A stretch of 63,983 nt of DNA, filler included, from Dimargaris cristalligena (Eukaryota), in NCBI GenBank assembly GCA_003614675.1. It is 4 parts of 4 records of this genome, joined end to end, with 100 filler letters (N's around TTAATTAATTAA, not from the genome) between each part and the next. Parts side by side here need not be neighbours in the genome. Positions count along the whole stretch, not along the records: positions 1 to 16,751 come from ML002834.1; positions 16,852 to 33,598 come from ML002835.1; 2 more parts are not named here. One strand, 5' to 3'. Both the position numbers and the translations under genes were made by a program. This document shows, piece by piece, positions 14,326 through 26,875 of this stretch (its first letter is position 1; the number at the start of each line of letters is the position of its first letter). A model generated the notes under the pieces. It did no database searches. It worked only from the letters and a program-made list of their open reading frames with translations, and was not told the DNA's origin.

Positions 14326-15006
14326 ATGATGAACGACATCGATAGCAACAGCGAAGGCGAATACGCCCGGTACTGGGCCGAGTGGTTCCTATTCCTCAAG
14401 GGCAATGAGTATTTCGTGGAAATCGACGAAGAGTTCATCGGGGATCGGTTTAATTTGACGGGCCTCTGCCAAGACGTGGAGCACTATTCCCTGGCCCTCC
14501 AACTCATTTCCGACAATCTGGAGGAGGCCAAACTGAACCAGGAGATGCGGGATGCCGTGGAACGGTCCGCCCGCCATTTGTACGGGCTCATCCACGCCCG
14601 GTACGTCTTAACCGCCCCGGGCATGCAAAAAGTCCTCGAGAAGTACAAGAGCGCCGGGTTTGGCCGGTGTCCCCGCGTACTCTGCCATAACCAGGCGTTG
14701 TTACCGGTGGGGCTAACCGATGTGGCCGGGTTACAGTCCGTGAAATTGTACTGCCCGCATTGTGAAGATATTTATAACCCCAAATCCCCCCGGCACTCTA
14801 ACGTCGATGGCGCTTATTTCGGTACCGGGTTGCCGCATATGATCATGCAGGCGTACTCCACGTTGGTCCCGCAGAAATCCGCCGCCCGGTATGAACCGAA
14901 AATCTTCGGGTTTAAGATTCACGAAACCGCCGAACTGCACCGTTGGCAGGATGCCATGCGGGAAGAGAAACGGAAACGGATCGAGGAAGGGACTCCCCCG
15001 TCATAA
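14326..15006 (+). CDS. CKB: Casein kinase II regulatory (beta) subunit, intronless
   Basis: GNEYFVEIDEEFIGDRFNLTGL, LYGLIHARYVLT, zinc ribbon FGRCPRVLC...VKLYCPHCEDIY, DGAYFGT and YEPKIFGFKIH. Confidence 0.97.
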   Translation: MMNDIDSNSEGEYARYWAEWFLFLKGNEYFVEIDEEFIGDRFNLTGLCQDVEHYSLALQLISDNLEEAKLNQEMRDAVERSARHLYGLIHARYVLTAPGMQKVLEKYKSAGFGRCPRVLCHNQALLPVGLTDVAGLQSVKLYCPHCEDIYNPKSPRHSNVDGAYFGTGLPHMIMQAYSTLVPQKSAARYEPKIFGFKIHETAELHRWQDAMREEKRKRIEEGTPPS

Positions 15007-15062
15007 TCGAGAAACGGCAATGGCGGCGACACCCGCCGGATGGCATAGAAATGACAAATTGG

Positions 15063-15093
<31 letters not shown>

Positions 15094-15351
15094 TTACATC
15101 GCCCTCGACTATTCTGCTACCTTACCCGACACTTCCCTCCTTTTCCCCTGGCTATATAGCTACTATGGCAGTAGCAGCATATCGCCACTTATATTACTAT
15201 ACCAACCCCGCTCCTTTAGATACTCTACTTGCCACCAGTCCCTTCTTCACCTGGGGGGTCCTCTGGCGTACACTCTAGTTTCTTACAAGAATGTGAAATC
15301 TATTACCATACCCTCCGCTCTTCTTTTTTCTCCCCCACATACACATCTATT

Positions 15352-15388
<37 letters not shown>

Positions 15389-16751
15389 GCCCACTGGATT
15401 CGAATCATTACCTAATATTTTAAAAGCCATTAAAGATACTACTATTAGCCGTAGGTACACACTACGCAAGATTCTATCGCGGAATAGCTGGGGGTTATCT
15501 ACATTTTTATTATTATTGGTAACCAGGCGCACTATGAATACAAAGGAGAGCAGGAGAGGGACATATACCCTTCTCCCCCACTTGGTGTCACAAATTGCCT
15601 AAATATGCAAGAATTGTATCGATACTAATTAACAACTGGTTCGACGGTGCTCCTGGGCTCGAAACTAGAGTAGGCGTAGCCATTTGCCGCATCAAACCAG
15701 CCACAATTGAAAATGGGATGTGAAACCGATGGAATCGAACCTGTGTCCATCCGGGCTGGTTTTATCGCCCTAATATATAATAACTATCTTCTATTATACT
15801 ACGGTAGTTTAGCGACAGCCCTTTCTTTCCCCTTCCTTCTATATTCAGCGACATAGGGGCTCGGGAAACACAAGCCATACTCGGGCTAGCCAACTCCCCC
15901 CATTTTGGAGTCCATAGGTAATGGAAACCGGGTAAATTTGTTAGAATTCCCAGCCCCTTTGTTTCGTATTCTCTCCACACACCCCCCGATGCATATTTTA
16001 TACCCACGTTCGGTAGAAAGGGGACGGTAATATTGACCAAAACCATTATGCTCCCCTTCCGCTACCAACGTAATACCTCTTCTCTATACTATTCGCCTGT
16101 ACTATTTCGTGACATTTTGGTGTTTCAGGTTAAAATAATAATAATAATAATAATAATAATAAAGCCCCTGGGACACATAATACATACGAGCATGGCCCAG
16201 CTACTCCCAAAGTGAATCCGGTCTTGTCAAACAAGAACTTGAGACTAAGGTGAAAAGATTCCTCTTTCCCCGCCGCTCCTTGCCAGACCCACTAAGGCGG
16301 GGTGCATTTGGTTCTTACGTGGTACCCACACCACTCTTTAGTCGCATTATTGCATGATGAAACTATTATATGTTTGATTAATCAATTACCTACGCTGCGA
16401 ACATCCCCCAGATAAAACCTCCTCCCCAGGTCGTCGTAGTGAACCTATATATTCTAAAGGGGGAGAATAACTGGACTGTGTGGCTTAGTTGAATAAGCCC
16501 AGAGAGGAAGAGGGGGGAGGTGGTCATGTGCCCCCCACCGTCTCCTCTCAGGTTTTGCCTGTTTTAGGAAAATCGCGAATGTGCCTGGAAAGGGGGAGGG
16601 AGAAAGTCCCAGTCACATAAAACCGCCTCCATCGAGAAATTGAAAATGGATTGGGGGGTTCACCAGAGCCATGCTTATTATCAACTATAGCGCTCTTGTT
16701 ACGTTTGGTCGTGGTGGACTAGTATTTAGGGGAGCCGAGTAGGACGTAGGG

Positions 16752-16851
16752 NNNNNNNNNNNNNNNNNNNNNNNNNNNNNNNNNNNNNNNNNNNNTTAAT
16801 TAATTAANNNNNNNNNNNNNNNNNNNNNNNNNNNNNNNNNNNNNNNNNNNN
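16752..16851. other. Artificial contig linker (44 N + TTAATTAATTAA + 44 N)
   Basis: Exactly 100 nt; the core has stop codons in all six frames; identical to the other two linkers. Confidence 0.97.
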
Positions 16852-17305
16852 GTAAAATTCAAACCAGCTGTATAAGGTTTTACAATATACGTGTATGGGC
16901 GAATATATGTGAGAATATCTTTTAACCAGTGATATTGGCCGCATCCAATGGATTTTTCATTATACAGCCTGAATGAACTTCTCCCATATGATTCCACCGA
17001 CGTCTTAAGCATACTCATACGAGTAAATAATGGTGGGGCAGCGTGGAAGCTAAGCTTTCGAAAGAGGCCGCGATACTATGTGTTATTAGTAAGTTGTTAT
17101 ATTTATTATTAAAAAATTGGTAACTTGAACCAGCAAAATACCAACTTCAGTCTGGTGTTGATTAAGCTTCGCCACTCTTGGCCCACGGGGCATTATCAAT
17201 GAAGCAACTACATAAACCCATTGACCCCTGATGTAAATTAAAAGGCTAGGTATAAAATAAAATAAATATGGAAATGCGGATTATTGACGGACCCGGTCGT
17301 TCCGT

Positions 17306-18031
17306 TCACAAAAGCCCTATAGCCGAAATTCCACTCAACCCCGCGACTAGTCCCAGCATGTACTGGGCAAGGGATAGGTGCGAGGATCCGATGGGGGCGT
17401 CACTGCTTGTCGAGGCCTGGTTAGGCTGCATCGGTTGTTTAATATTAGCGCAAGTGACGGGTTTTCCGGCGGAGTTCATGACGAACACGGAATGGTCCAC
17501 GACACTATTCGGCTGACCGACCAACGAAATTTGGTTATCGTACCACGAAGCGTGGAACCCCCGCTCGTAAGCGTAAAACCCGCCGTGTTTACCGGACAAA
17601 TCCCCCGCGGCACAAGCGTCGGGGTCGTCCTCGTATTGGTTGCAGGTATAGGCGGAGGACTTGAGTTTCACCTGGGTGGGGTTAAAGAAATTGCTCGGGT
17701 GTTTACATTCATAGTTTTTGGCGGGTTTCTCGCGGATGCTGAGGGTGTACATCTCGTCGTGGTCGAGACCCTGGTCGATTTGAATGTCAATACGGACAAG
17801 CGGGGGTCCACCAAGGGCGGGGTTGCTCTGGGGGGCGTGCGTGGAAAACTTAATAAAGCCGGAGACCCCCGTCCGACTCGGAAAGTAGGCGTAGACTTCG
17901 TCAAGAACAAAGGGATTGGGTGGGGGCTCGAAGGTCTCCTGGGCCGCGGCGGGGGGAATGGATAAGCTGCCCACCAGAGCTACAATCCCCAGGCATGCAA
18001 TGGCCCGGACGAAGAAGGCCGTCGTCATCAT
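17306..18031 (-). CDS. Secreted, probably GPI-anchored Cu-only SOD (Sod5-like) fold protein lacking metal ligands (pseudo-SOD)
   Basis: N-terminal signal peptide, VSGFIKF, REKP..C....FNP, GDLSGKHG, D.QISL, TCANI, a Ser-rich linker and a hydrophobic C-terminus. The His ligand positions read S, R, F and M. Confidence 0.88.
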   Translation of the reverse strand: MMTTAFFVRAIACLGIVALVGSLSIPPAAAQETFEPPPNPFVLDEVYAYFPSRTGVSGFIKFSTHAPQSNPALGGPPLVRIDIQIDQGLDHDEMYTLSIREKPAKNYECKHPSNFFNPTQVKLKSSAYTCNQYEDDPDACAAGDLSGKHGGFYAYERGFHASWYDNQISLVGQPNSVVDHSVFVMNSAGKPVTCANIKQPMQPNQASTSSDAPIGSSHLSLAQYMLGLVAGLSGISAIGLL

Positions 18032-21000
18032 GGACTGTTTATTGTATTTCGGGGTGGGGGATAGATAAGAATCGGTCCACTGCCAAGATATGGGATATAG
18101 GGGATAATTTAATTATAATATCTCGAGAAATAGAATAATGAAAAGTGAACGACTAATGTAAACAATAAATAAATAAATAAAATGTAAAAATTATTAATAT
18201 CGTATGAAGGGCTAAGGAGGAGAGGGGAAGGGGGGCCCGTGTACTTAAATAGGGTACCCGATACGACGTCCAGAGAACCCTCGTACGGGGAGTCCATAGA
18301 TGACATTATGCCTCTGTCCGTTTATGCAAAACAACCCGATTAGATGCACCAATGCTCCCTCTGGTGGTATCTTCAGCGGCTCACCCAGAACCACTACAGA
18401 CTATTAGAGAGACAGAGGGGGGACCAAAACCCCTCTTCAATACGATCGTAATACTGGTGGTACCCCAATATTACCTGTTTGACACACAAGGACTTGGCGG
18501 AACCCGTCCTCCTCTTCCCAAAAACAAGCGAGGGAGTGGCCCTTATTGGAACCTACAGTACTTATGGTTTAGGCCACCATCTTATTCAACTGGTGATGAT
18601 ACCGCCACCCATCCTTAACACTAGTTTGGCTTGGAAAACTCCGGTAGTTTATGTCTGGGAAATCAGGTGAAGGATGAAGGTAGGACAAAACCTATCGAGC
18701 TGAATTGCGATGTCCAAACGGATACCACCCCACTAATCTGAGGTCACTAGCGAGTAGGCACACTCTTGGCTACTCTATATATCTAAAGTAGACCAGTAGG
18801 AGTTTTTTAAGAGGGACCGTCGTCCATCAACGAGGTAACGTAAGTTCCGACGGTGTATTGCTACACCCTAACGAGCTGAACAGTCAGTGGTATTGGTGAG
18901 GTCATCAGTGTCACCAAAAACTATTATGTCTAAAGGGCAACTGTCAGAATTGGCTAATGACCAATTGCCAAACTAGACAAATGGTGAATTTATGATGAGG
19001 AGGGGGGAGGGTATTTTTCAACAAATGTGCCGTATTTTTACAATTTTAATCAACAATCCATTATTTAAATTTTAAGCTAAATGACTATATTTCTACTAAG
19101 GAGCCCTAATATACTACCATCGCATTGTCCAGTTGCATTTTTAAATAGTAGAAGCGACTAGGATGACAATAATTATGACTGCTAAGTTTATGATTTAATA
19201 TATAATATTATTTGTTTAATACCAAAATGATATATAAGTGAAGGGTTCCAGGTATAAGTTGCAAGTCATCAATACCATGGCTACGCTTAATAAAATCAGA
19301 GTAATAGGACATTTTAGATTACCCTGTTGCTTAATGCAAAGCTCTGTGATATGGAATTACAGTGAAAGTGCTACTGTAGTAAATACCCGCAGATCATAAT
19401 CCAAATCAAGTGGCTGAAAAATATTTCATCAGAACTGCCTCTATGGTTTAGCCATCGCTTATTATGGTTAAGTAGTCTACTAAAATACACCCCTATCCCA
19501 ATAAACCCAACAGTCGCTAAAGACCATAGAGAATAAGAGGAAGAGATGAGCAGTAGATTTTATAATTGACATCAACATAAGAGGCGACTACCACCGGCGT
19601 TGGTAGGCCCAAATGGTACCTTAGGGTAATAGGGTAAACGTCAATATAATGTAGCATAAAGGCGATATAGTATAACAGAGCGGCTTTTAAACCCAGCCCA
19701 GCGTCTGTTTTCTGATAACTGACTCTTAAAGTATTGACAGCCAACAATAGCAGAGAATAGCTTTGACTCACCATGGAGAACACTGAATGGCACTGTACTT
19801 AAATTGCCAATACTGCCAAGACTGTCTCGATGGTCTGTATATAGTTCCATAAAGAGCGACTGTTTAGTCTGCAATATATAATGGATATGGCGGTACTATT
19901 CGCAAAGCGAATGACTAGTGTTTGATATATTGAGAGCTATTTAACGTCGCTGGATAGGGAGGGATGGACAATTGCTCACTATAGATCCTCTGCAGATATA
20001 CCATCCAATTTATCCCGATATCACTTACTATTTGAGGATCTGTAATGATGGGCAGGCCGGGAAATGTCTTCAGTAGTGACGAAATACCACAATGATGGGA
20101 GCAACTGAGCTGAAAAAATAAGAGGTGTCTAAAATTAAGCTGAATGGCAGCTATATGGTGCCATATAATTCCAAACAAGCACTCCGATACAGTCTGTATG
20201 ACAATACGACCTATCAACCCGACTACTACTGATTTAAAGACAGACGTTACGAAGTGTTCAGAATAGGTACTGAGGAAACCTTACACTAGCCAACGGCATA
20301 CTATACTCCTCGGGCAGTGTTGCAGTATATGAGGATAGTTAGGTAGTATACCCACTTTTGACACTACACAGCTAAACCGGGGTGGTATATAAATACTGGA
20401 GTATATCAGCTACAGTGATCTTTATGGGTGTTTACAAATAAAAATAGATAGAAACGTTGCTAAATGGATGGTACCAGGGATAAATCGCAATCTCAGGTGG
20501 GATTTAAAAGTCGAATGCCTATGCTGAACAAAGTGCGAAGAAAAGTGAACTACAATGGGGAGTTGCAAAGTAAAGTATGGGCGGCATTATAAAGGGCGAT
20601 TGGCCCGAGAAACCAAAACGAGCCCGCCGGGCGATACCCTTTAACTATAAGGTATCCATGGATACAAAATGGCGACAGTTATGCAAGTGATAGTCGAGTG
20701 GTAACGTTTTAAATATATTGGATTAAACAAAATATAGTGATGTTTATAAGTCCTGTTGTATTAATCAGTATTCGACAACTAGTCAGCACGGAGACACTCG
20801 GTTGCCGGTATTTCGCCTGCCAAACATCCAACGCCCTTTCAATTATATCAGTGAACACTGGCTTTATACACCAATTCATCAGATAGGGTGGATGTCTTCC
20901 CTGGTGGTCTCCACTAAAAACCACTGATATCGGATGAGGCATCCCTCTAAACTGGGATCGGTCCTGGGCGTATAGATTTATCCGGAAAAGTAACCGTCGG

Positions 21001-24000
21001 CGTTTTGCAGCACCGCCACCAATCGGATTGGGTTCACCACGAATTAGGATGATCCACCCAGCTATTTCCAGCACAGTCAAGCCGACTAATCGCAGTCGGT
21101 ACGCTTTCCCATTGCATCGTATCGGGAAGGCATTGGGAATCCGAACACCGTCATGAAAGGGATAGTTACATTTGCCACTAGAAGCGTTAAATGCAGACTG
21201 ATCGTAGGGGGAGGGTTGAGTCAGCGGAGGTACATCTTCAGGGGGGTAGAAAGTTACCCACGCCATCGCCTGACTGAAGTTGGGTTTGACGTAATTTTTA
21301 CCGACCCATGTTCAAAGGGCCCACCACTACGCCCTGTGTAAAAGAACCCCCAGACGAAGTGGAGCTGCCATTCTATTATAGTTTTGGTTATCGTCAAATG
21401 GGAATCCAGCCACGCCGAGCTTTACCAAGTGGGCAAATCCTATAGTGCGTTTAACCATAGTCAATGATTGGTTGGCAATGGCCTCCTTGAGCCAAAGGTG
21501 TAAAGAAACCGAACGTAATACATGACAGCAGCTTGATTAATGAAAGTAGAAAATAATGACGAAATGGATTGAAGCGACCATACCCTGTAAACCAGCTAAA
21601 CGAGCGGGAGTGTAAAGGATACCATATATGGCTGGGGTGTTTTAGGGACTAATAGATATCTTATGTAGCAATACAATAAAAGAGAATCAGAGAACGACGA
21701 TGATAAATGAATCAAGAGTACAGGCAATGGACTACTCATGGACCGCCTATTACATCCATAACCACACTTCAACGAGTCCTTGGATGTTCGCCACATCCCA
21801 TTGCCTATTGTTGGTCTAATTTACCTACATTGTTTATATTTATTTATCCTTGGATGCATCTCGGAGTCCTTCTGGCCTTCAAGGGTGCGTTATTCGCTAG
21901 TCTGGCACAGATCACCCACTATCCTGATGAGTAGGGACTACGTGGCTGGACCAGGGCCAAGTATATGGCAAGTGCAATGCAGTGGATAAAAGTAATACAC
22001 ACGCCTACACTAGGGATCGGTCTCACACTTCGGGTTCCAACACCTGGCCCACACATCGTACAGGGGCGTTTCCATTCGTATGGGTAAACTAACCAGTGGG
22101 TTTCTAGCAACAACAAAAAAAAAACCCCTCTCCGGGCAAAAGCCATTGGACAAGAAGGCAAAAAATATATATATAAATATAAATAAATACCAGGGAGTCC
22201 AGGGGAGACGATATGATTTAGGCCAACTAAAAGACCAACCCTCGCCACACAGCTCGTACTGTCAATTGGTGAATTGTATGGGAAACGACTGAATCAACGC
22301 TTGCTTCTAGACGACCCGTGGAAATACTACGGTCAGTGTAAATATACACCTGGCCATGGTTAATCGCCAATAAAAAAAAAGACCAACGGTGTCGGAGTCG
22401 AAAAAAGGGATGCGCGGGTAAGGTACACCGCACAGCAGAGCGGCCAGGGTATAAACCCTTGGAACACGATATAGGTGGAGGGTACACCCAAGGCAAGCAA
22501 GTCGCAGTAAAAGCACATAAATGACAGGTCAATATATAAACCACCCAACTGCATGAATAAGTGGGCTTCCAGTAAGAAATATACACACCCACCAATACAC
22601 CACTTACAGTACCGCTGAACAAGAGAGAGTGGCGGGTCAGCTTCGTATTTCGGTAACCACCAATGGCTGACCACCTCAATGACTGTTGTTGGAACAAGTG
22701 GGAAGGGATGCCAAAGAATAAAAATAGTGGTGATAATGTAACCGACAATGTGAATAAACGACCTCCCTGCCACTTTATTGTGATTTTCAAAACATGCTGA
22801 GCTATGTGAGTAATAAGTAGGTAAAGTCAAAGGGGTTGACCAAAAATTACTATATCAGTATATTCAACAAAGGTCCAAGCTGCCAACTTTAACATGTGCG
22901 GTCTAGGAATACCCATCAAAACTTTGAATGTGGCAAGTTCAGGTACTCGCCGACAACCCACCGTCCCATAGTTCTGGGTTGGGTGTGTGTCACATGCTTT
23001 GCAACCGACTCCCATTGAATAGGCGGGCTTTCGGACGCTGTAAGACGGTTTAATGTATTACGAGAGGCATACAGAAGTGAAAGTCGAAAGTTGAAACCCA
23101 ATTGCCCCCTCCCCTCCCCCGATGATAATATTCAGTATAGGTGTGAGACCCACTAAACAGAATCCTTCACCACGGTAGAGTGGGGTTAATTTACGTCGAT
23201 GACCCACGTTACACTATCTCAACACCCACCCACACATACATACACATACACACATATTGACAGATTGGGTACACTAGGTGTGAAGCGAAGATCGGCACCC
23301 CTAAAAACAAATACCTAGACATGGCTGAGCCGTTTGGCCCCACCATTCTCACAGAGACCATGGATAAATGGCTAAATCGGTGGGTGGAAATGGAGCTATG
23401 GTGATATACTTTGGACGTACCTTATGTTGTTCCTTGTGGTCCACGAAGGGTAGGAATCCCCGCCAAACAGTTTATAGGTCCCCGTATGCATAGACTATTG
23501 ATTAAAATTAACGATGGTGGCATACCGACCCACTTCTGTACCCGATACAATTACCCTCAAAGTACAACTTAGCTTAGATATGTTCCTGGGCCCAAACAGA
23601 CCGGGTGCACATCAGCCAGAATCCCAATATCCCCAAATAAGATTTACGCCATTGTAATGACGTTGGGAATGGGGAGGTACTGGGATGATTTCCTGTGCTC
23701 CGTGGTAAACAATTGCCGACCCCAACTTCCAATTCAGCATAATTGAACATTATAGGGATCAACCCTTGTTGGAAGCCAGAAATCATAATGAAATGGAAGC
23801 TGCCTTAAAGCCTCAGGGGGTAAAGTTCCCGAACTGACCATCGCTGGTATGTGTGTGGGGGGGGGAGGGGTGGAGGATATATGTATATATGGGTATTTGT
23901 GTGTGGTGGTTGAATAGCTGTGGATGTAGTTGCAAAAATAGCCATTGCTCTGTTCGCCCTGAATAATAGGCAATGTTAGGAAAATCACTCGGTGATTTAG

Positions 24001-26814
24001 GCCCAAAGGTCACTCTAGATTTCAATTAGGGTGCTCTTCCCCAATACTTGCTGAATGAAGTGTAGTAGGTGTGTTTGGAATAAGCCAATGCTGCTTAATC
24101 GATACTGGATCAATGGAAGGTGGGAAAATAACCCCACACACATTACATTATCCATGGCGTAGCTTCTGAGCAAATTTGCTCGCCCCTTCACCACTCGGTG
24201 GAACTGGGATTACTAGATTAGGTAAGTGCAAGTACCCTATAAGGCATCCGGATTTTCTGGCATTGGGTGGGTGGGGGTATTGGGTGAGAAATGGCATTGT
24301 GACTGGAGCTGTCGACCATAAAATAAGAATGTGCGTGAGTAATCCCTGGGGCCCATGGAACCTGCCTGACCCTTTTATCCACCCCCAACGGTGATGTGAG
24401 CGGATGTCTTTCCTAATAAAGGCTACATTCGGGACTATCCCCGTAGCTGGGTAGTAGAACTGAGGTTGGGTAGTAAAAATGCGATAGCGACTTGAGTAGC
24501 AAACACACATTGGAGCGCCGGAATGGGTGGACCGGAGTGGTTGGGGGAGATGAGAGCGATCGTTTATCTAATTCTGTGGTAATTTCGCATCTTTGGATGG
24601 GCTTTTCGGAGCCGGTCATAGGTCATGGGGTTCGGCTAAATTCGTTTGGTCCAAGTATCACAAGCTATGAATTGACAGGGTCAGTATTCCAAACAAATCA
24701 AGTGAAACCGCTATACCAGGTATCGGTAAAGGGGAGGGGAGGGGGCCGAGTTAGTGAGGTTCAATGGTCGATTTACTCCCATACATGACACACCTATGGT
24801 TTGATGAATCCATGCTGTTTTATGTGATGAATTATAATTCCCCCTCGGTACTTTGCTCAGCTAATTTAGATGAAACGGTCAATCGGCCAACTCCCCTATA
24901 TATCATTTCGCTTAGTGCTGCGGCCTGCGCTGGCCCAGGAGCTGCAACCAAGACTCCCCACTAATGAATAACTCTGCCCCTCCACTCCACTCTCTACCCC
25001 TTCCCCCTGCCCCCGCTCCACCTTCTCCACACCCGGCCCCACCACCGACTCACTAGCCCGATGTAACCTCCCGGCCCTCGTGGGCCACCATTGGATTATT
25101 TCACCCCTACCACCACCAGGTACTATCTTCCCTCACTCAACCATCAAATTACTAGTAGCGGTGGAGTTGAAGTTGGGCGGGATAGGGTCAGAGGGGGGGG
25201 GGCACCGAGACATTGATCACCAAAAAAGCGTAGCTATGTATGGGTTACTCTATTCCCCCTCTCAATCAAGAAGTGGACGCGACTTGGTGCACATCACGGG
25301 TAAAAAATCAGTGACGGAAGGCCCGGTGGGTCTGACTACGGCCGATAATTAATGAGTCCCCCTGTTTAAATAGCATACCCCTTTTTATTATTGTCCGCCT
25401 TTCCTATCCATAGGCTCCACCACTCTTTCAATATTGCTTCAAGCATGTTCGAGGAATGGCTTCCCTTTTTATGGCAATATACACACATCAAGAAGGTACT
25501 ATCCATACCACGCGATAGCCAGAGGGACTCCATCCCCTCAGTGAAGAAATAAATGAATGTGGGTGGCGTTGAGTGTAAAGGGGTAGTGTAGGGGAAAGAG
25601 CCGAGTTGGGGGTGATTGTACAATTTAGAAGACGAAGATACCGGTTGAAATATACATAAAACAACCGAATGGCAGTTATGGCGAAGGTAGTTTGAAGCAA
25701 AGTGCAGGTCTGAACAGCCGATCAAATCACTATGGAGTAGCCCTTCGAATGGGGGGACATGAACCCCACCCAGCCCAAACACTCTACAATCGGTCGATAA
25801 TATATACCTTGGCAACCACCTATTCCCAGTTCATCTGTCTCCGCATCTGGCCCACAACGGTACTGCCACTTGAACTGCTACGTACCACAATGGTTGAGGT
25901 GGTTTTGACTGGCCGGGATAGCCAAAAAGGCCAATTGTGGACCAAGGGCTCTTTAGTGGCCCATGGGGAGATTAATAGGTCAATGTCATGAGCTGAGTAC
26001 TACCCGAGCTACCCCCAACTAGTAGTGAATGTAACGGTAACGCAGCTAGCCCGTCCGGTTGGTTCCCCTCACCTTCCCAGTCGAGTCTCTATGTAATCAC
26101 CTATGGGCAGACCCATACAATGGTCACTCGTACCTACGGGTACACTACGGGTATTCCCTCCCGCCACCCATCTTGATAGAATTATACAACCAGATTTACA
26201 CTTAACGATAAATTGGTAATAGTAAAGGGTCAAATGTGATTTTGATAGGTCACCAAGAAAAAATAGAAGAAAACGTAAACATTAGGTTAGGGACGGAGGA
26301 GGAGAAGGATTGTCTTCACCCTGAGCAGCATGGACTGGATTAGCAGGTCACCGGGGCGGAATTGAAGAAGAGTGATATATATGTACGGGGTTCATAATTT
26401 AGACATCGACTTTATCAATATGCGGAAGGATAGTCAGCCTTACATACCTCTGGTCTATGATGACCCAATCGCATACCTTGCTGTCATTTGACCCTATTAT
26501 ATTCGTGTATACCTAGGCCATTAATAGATGGACAGGTAGGACCAAAAAATAATAATCGTTTCATCCTATTGTCTTCCTTGGTGTAGATTGTGAGCGAGAC
26601 GGTTGACTGCCATGTGAGAATAGGAGCAAAAGATGGGGGGAATGAATTATTAGTATAGGTGATTTGCGCCTGCTCCTTCTCCCCCCCCTTCAATTTAAAG
26701 CCCCTCCCAAAATCATAATAATAATGTAATAATAAACAGTGGATGGTTGGGCCGTTTCGTCTCACTCAGAAAGGGACTGAGGGAGAAGATAGCCCCCCCG
26801 CCTGCCATTGCATT

Positions 26815-26875
26815 GACCAATCACAGGCCTCGGTTACAACTAAACGTAAACAAACTCCCTTGGCGGCTTGTTTAC
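26815..26875. promoter_or_regulatory. CCAAT + forkhead-site module A
   Basis: GACCAATCA (CCAAT at 26817), TAAACGTAAACAAA at 26841-26854 and TGTTTAC at 26869-26875. Confidence 0.45.

Noticed and set aside
15731-15757. tRNA-Sec (GCCCGGATG start plus T-loop on the - strand)
   Set aside because: There is no room for D, anticodon or variable arms between the two motifs.
16796-16807. TTAATTAATTAA as a piggyBac target site or biological palindrome
   Set aside because: It is identical in all three gaps with fixed N padding, so it is an assembly spacer.
12564-18031. Apparent copper cluster (Atx1 near a SOD-fold gene)
   Set aside because: The genes are on different contigs separated by an artificial linker, and the SOD-fold protein lacks Cu ligands.
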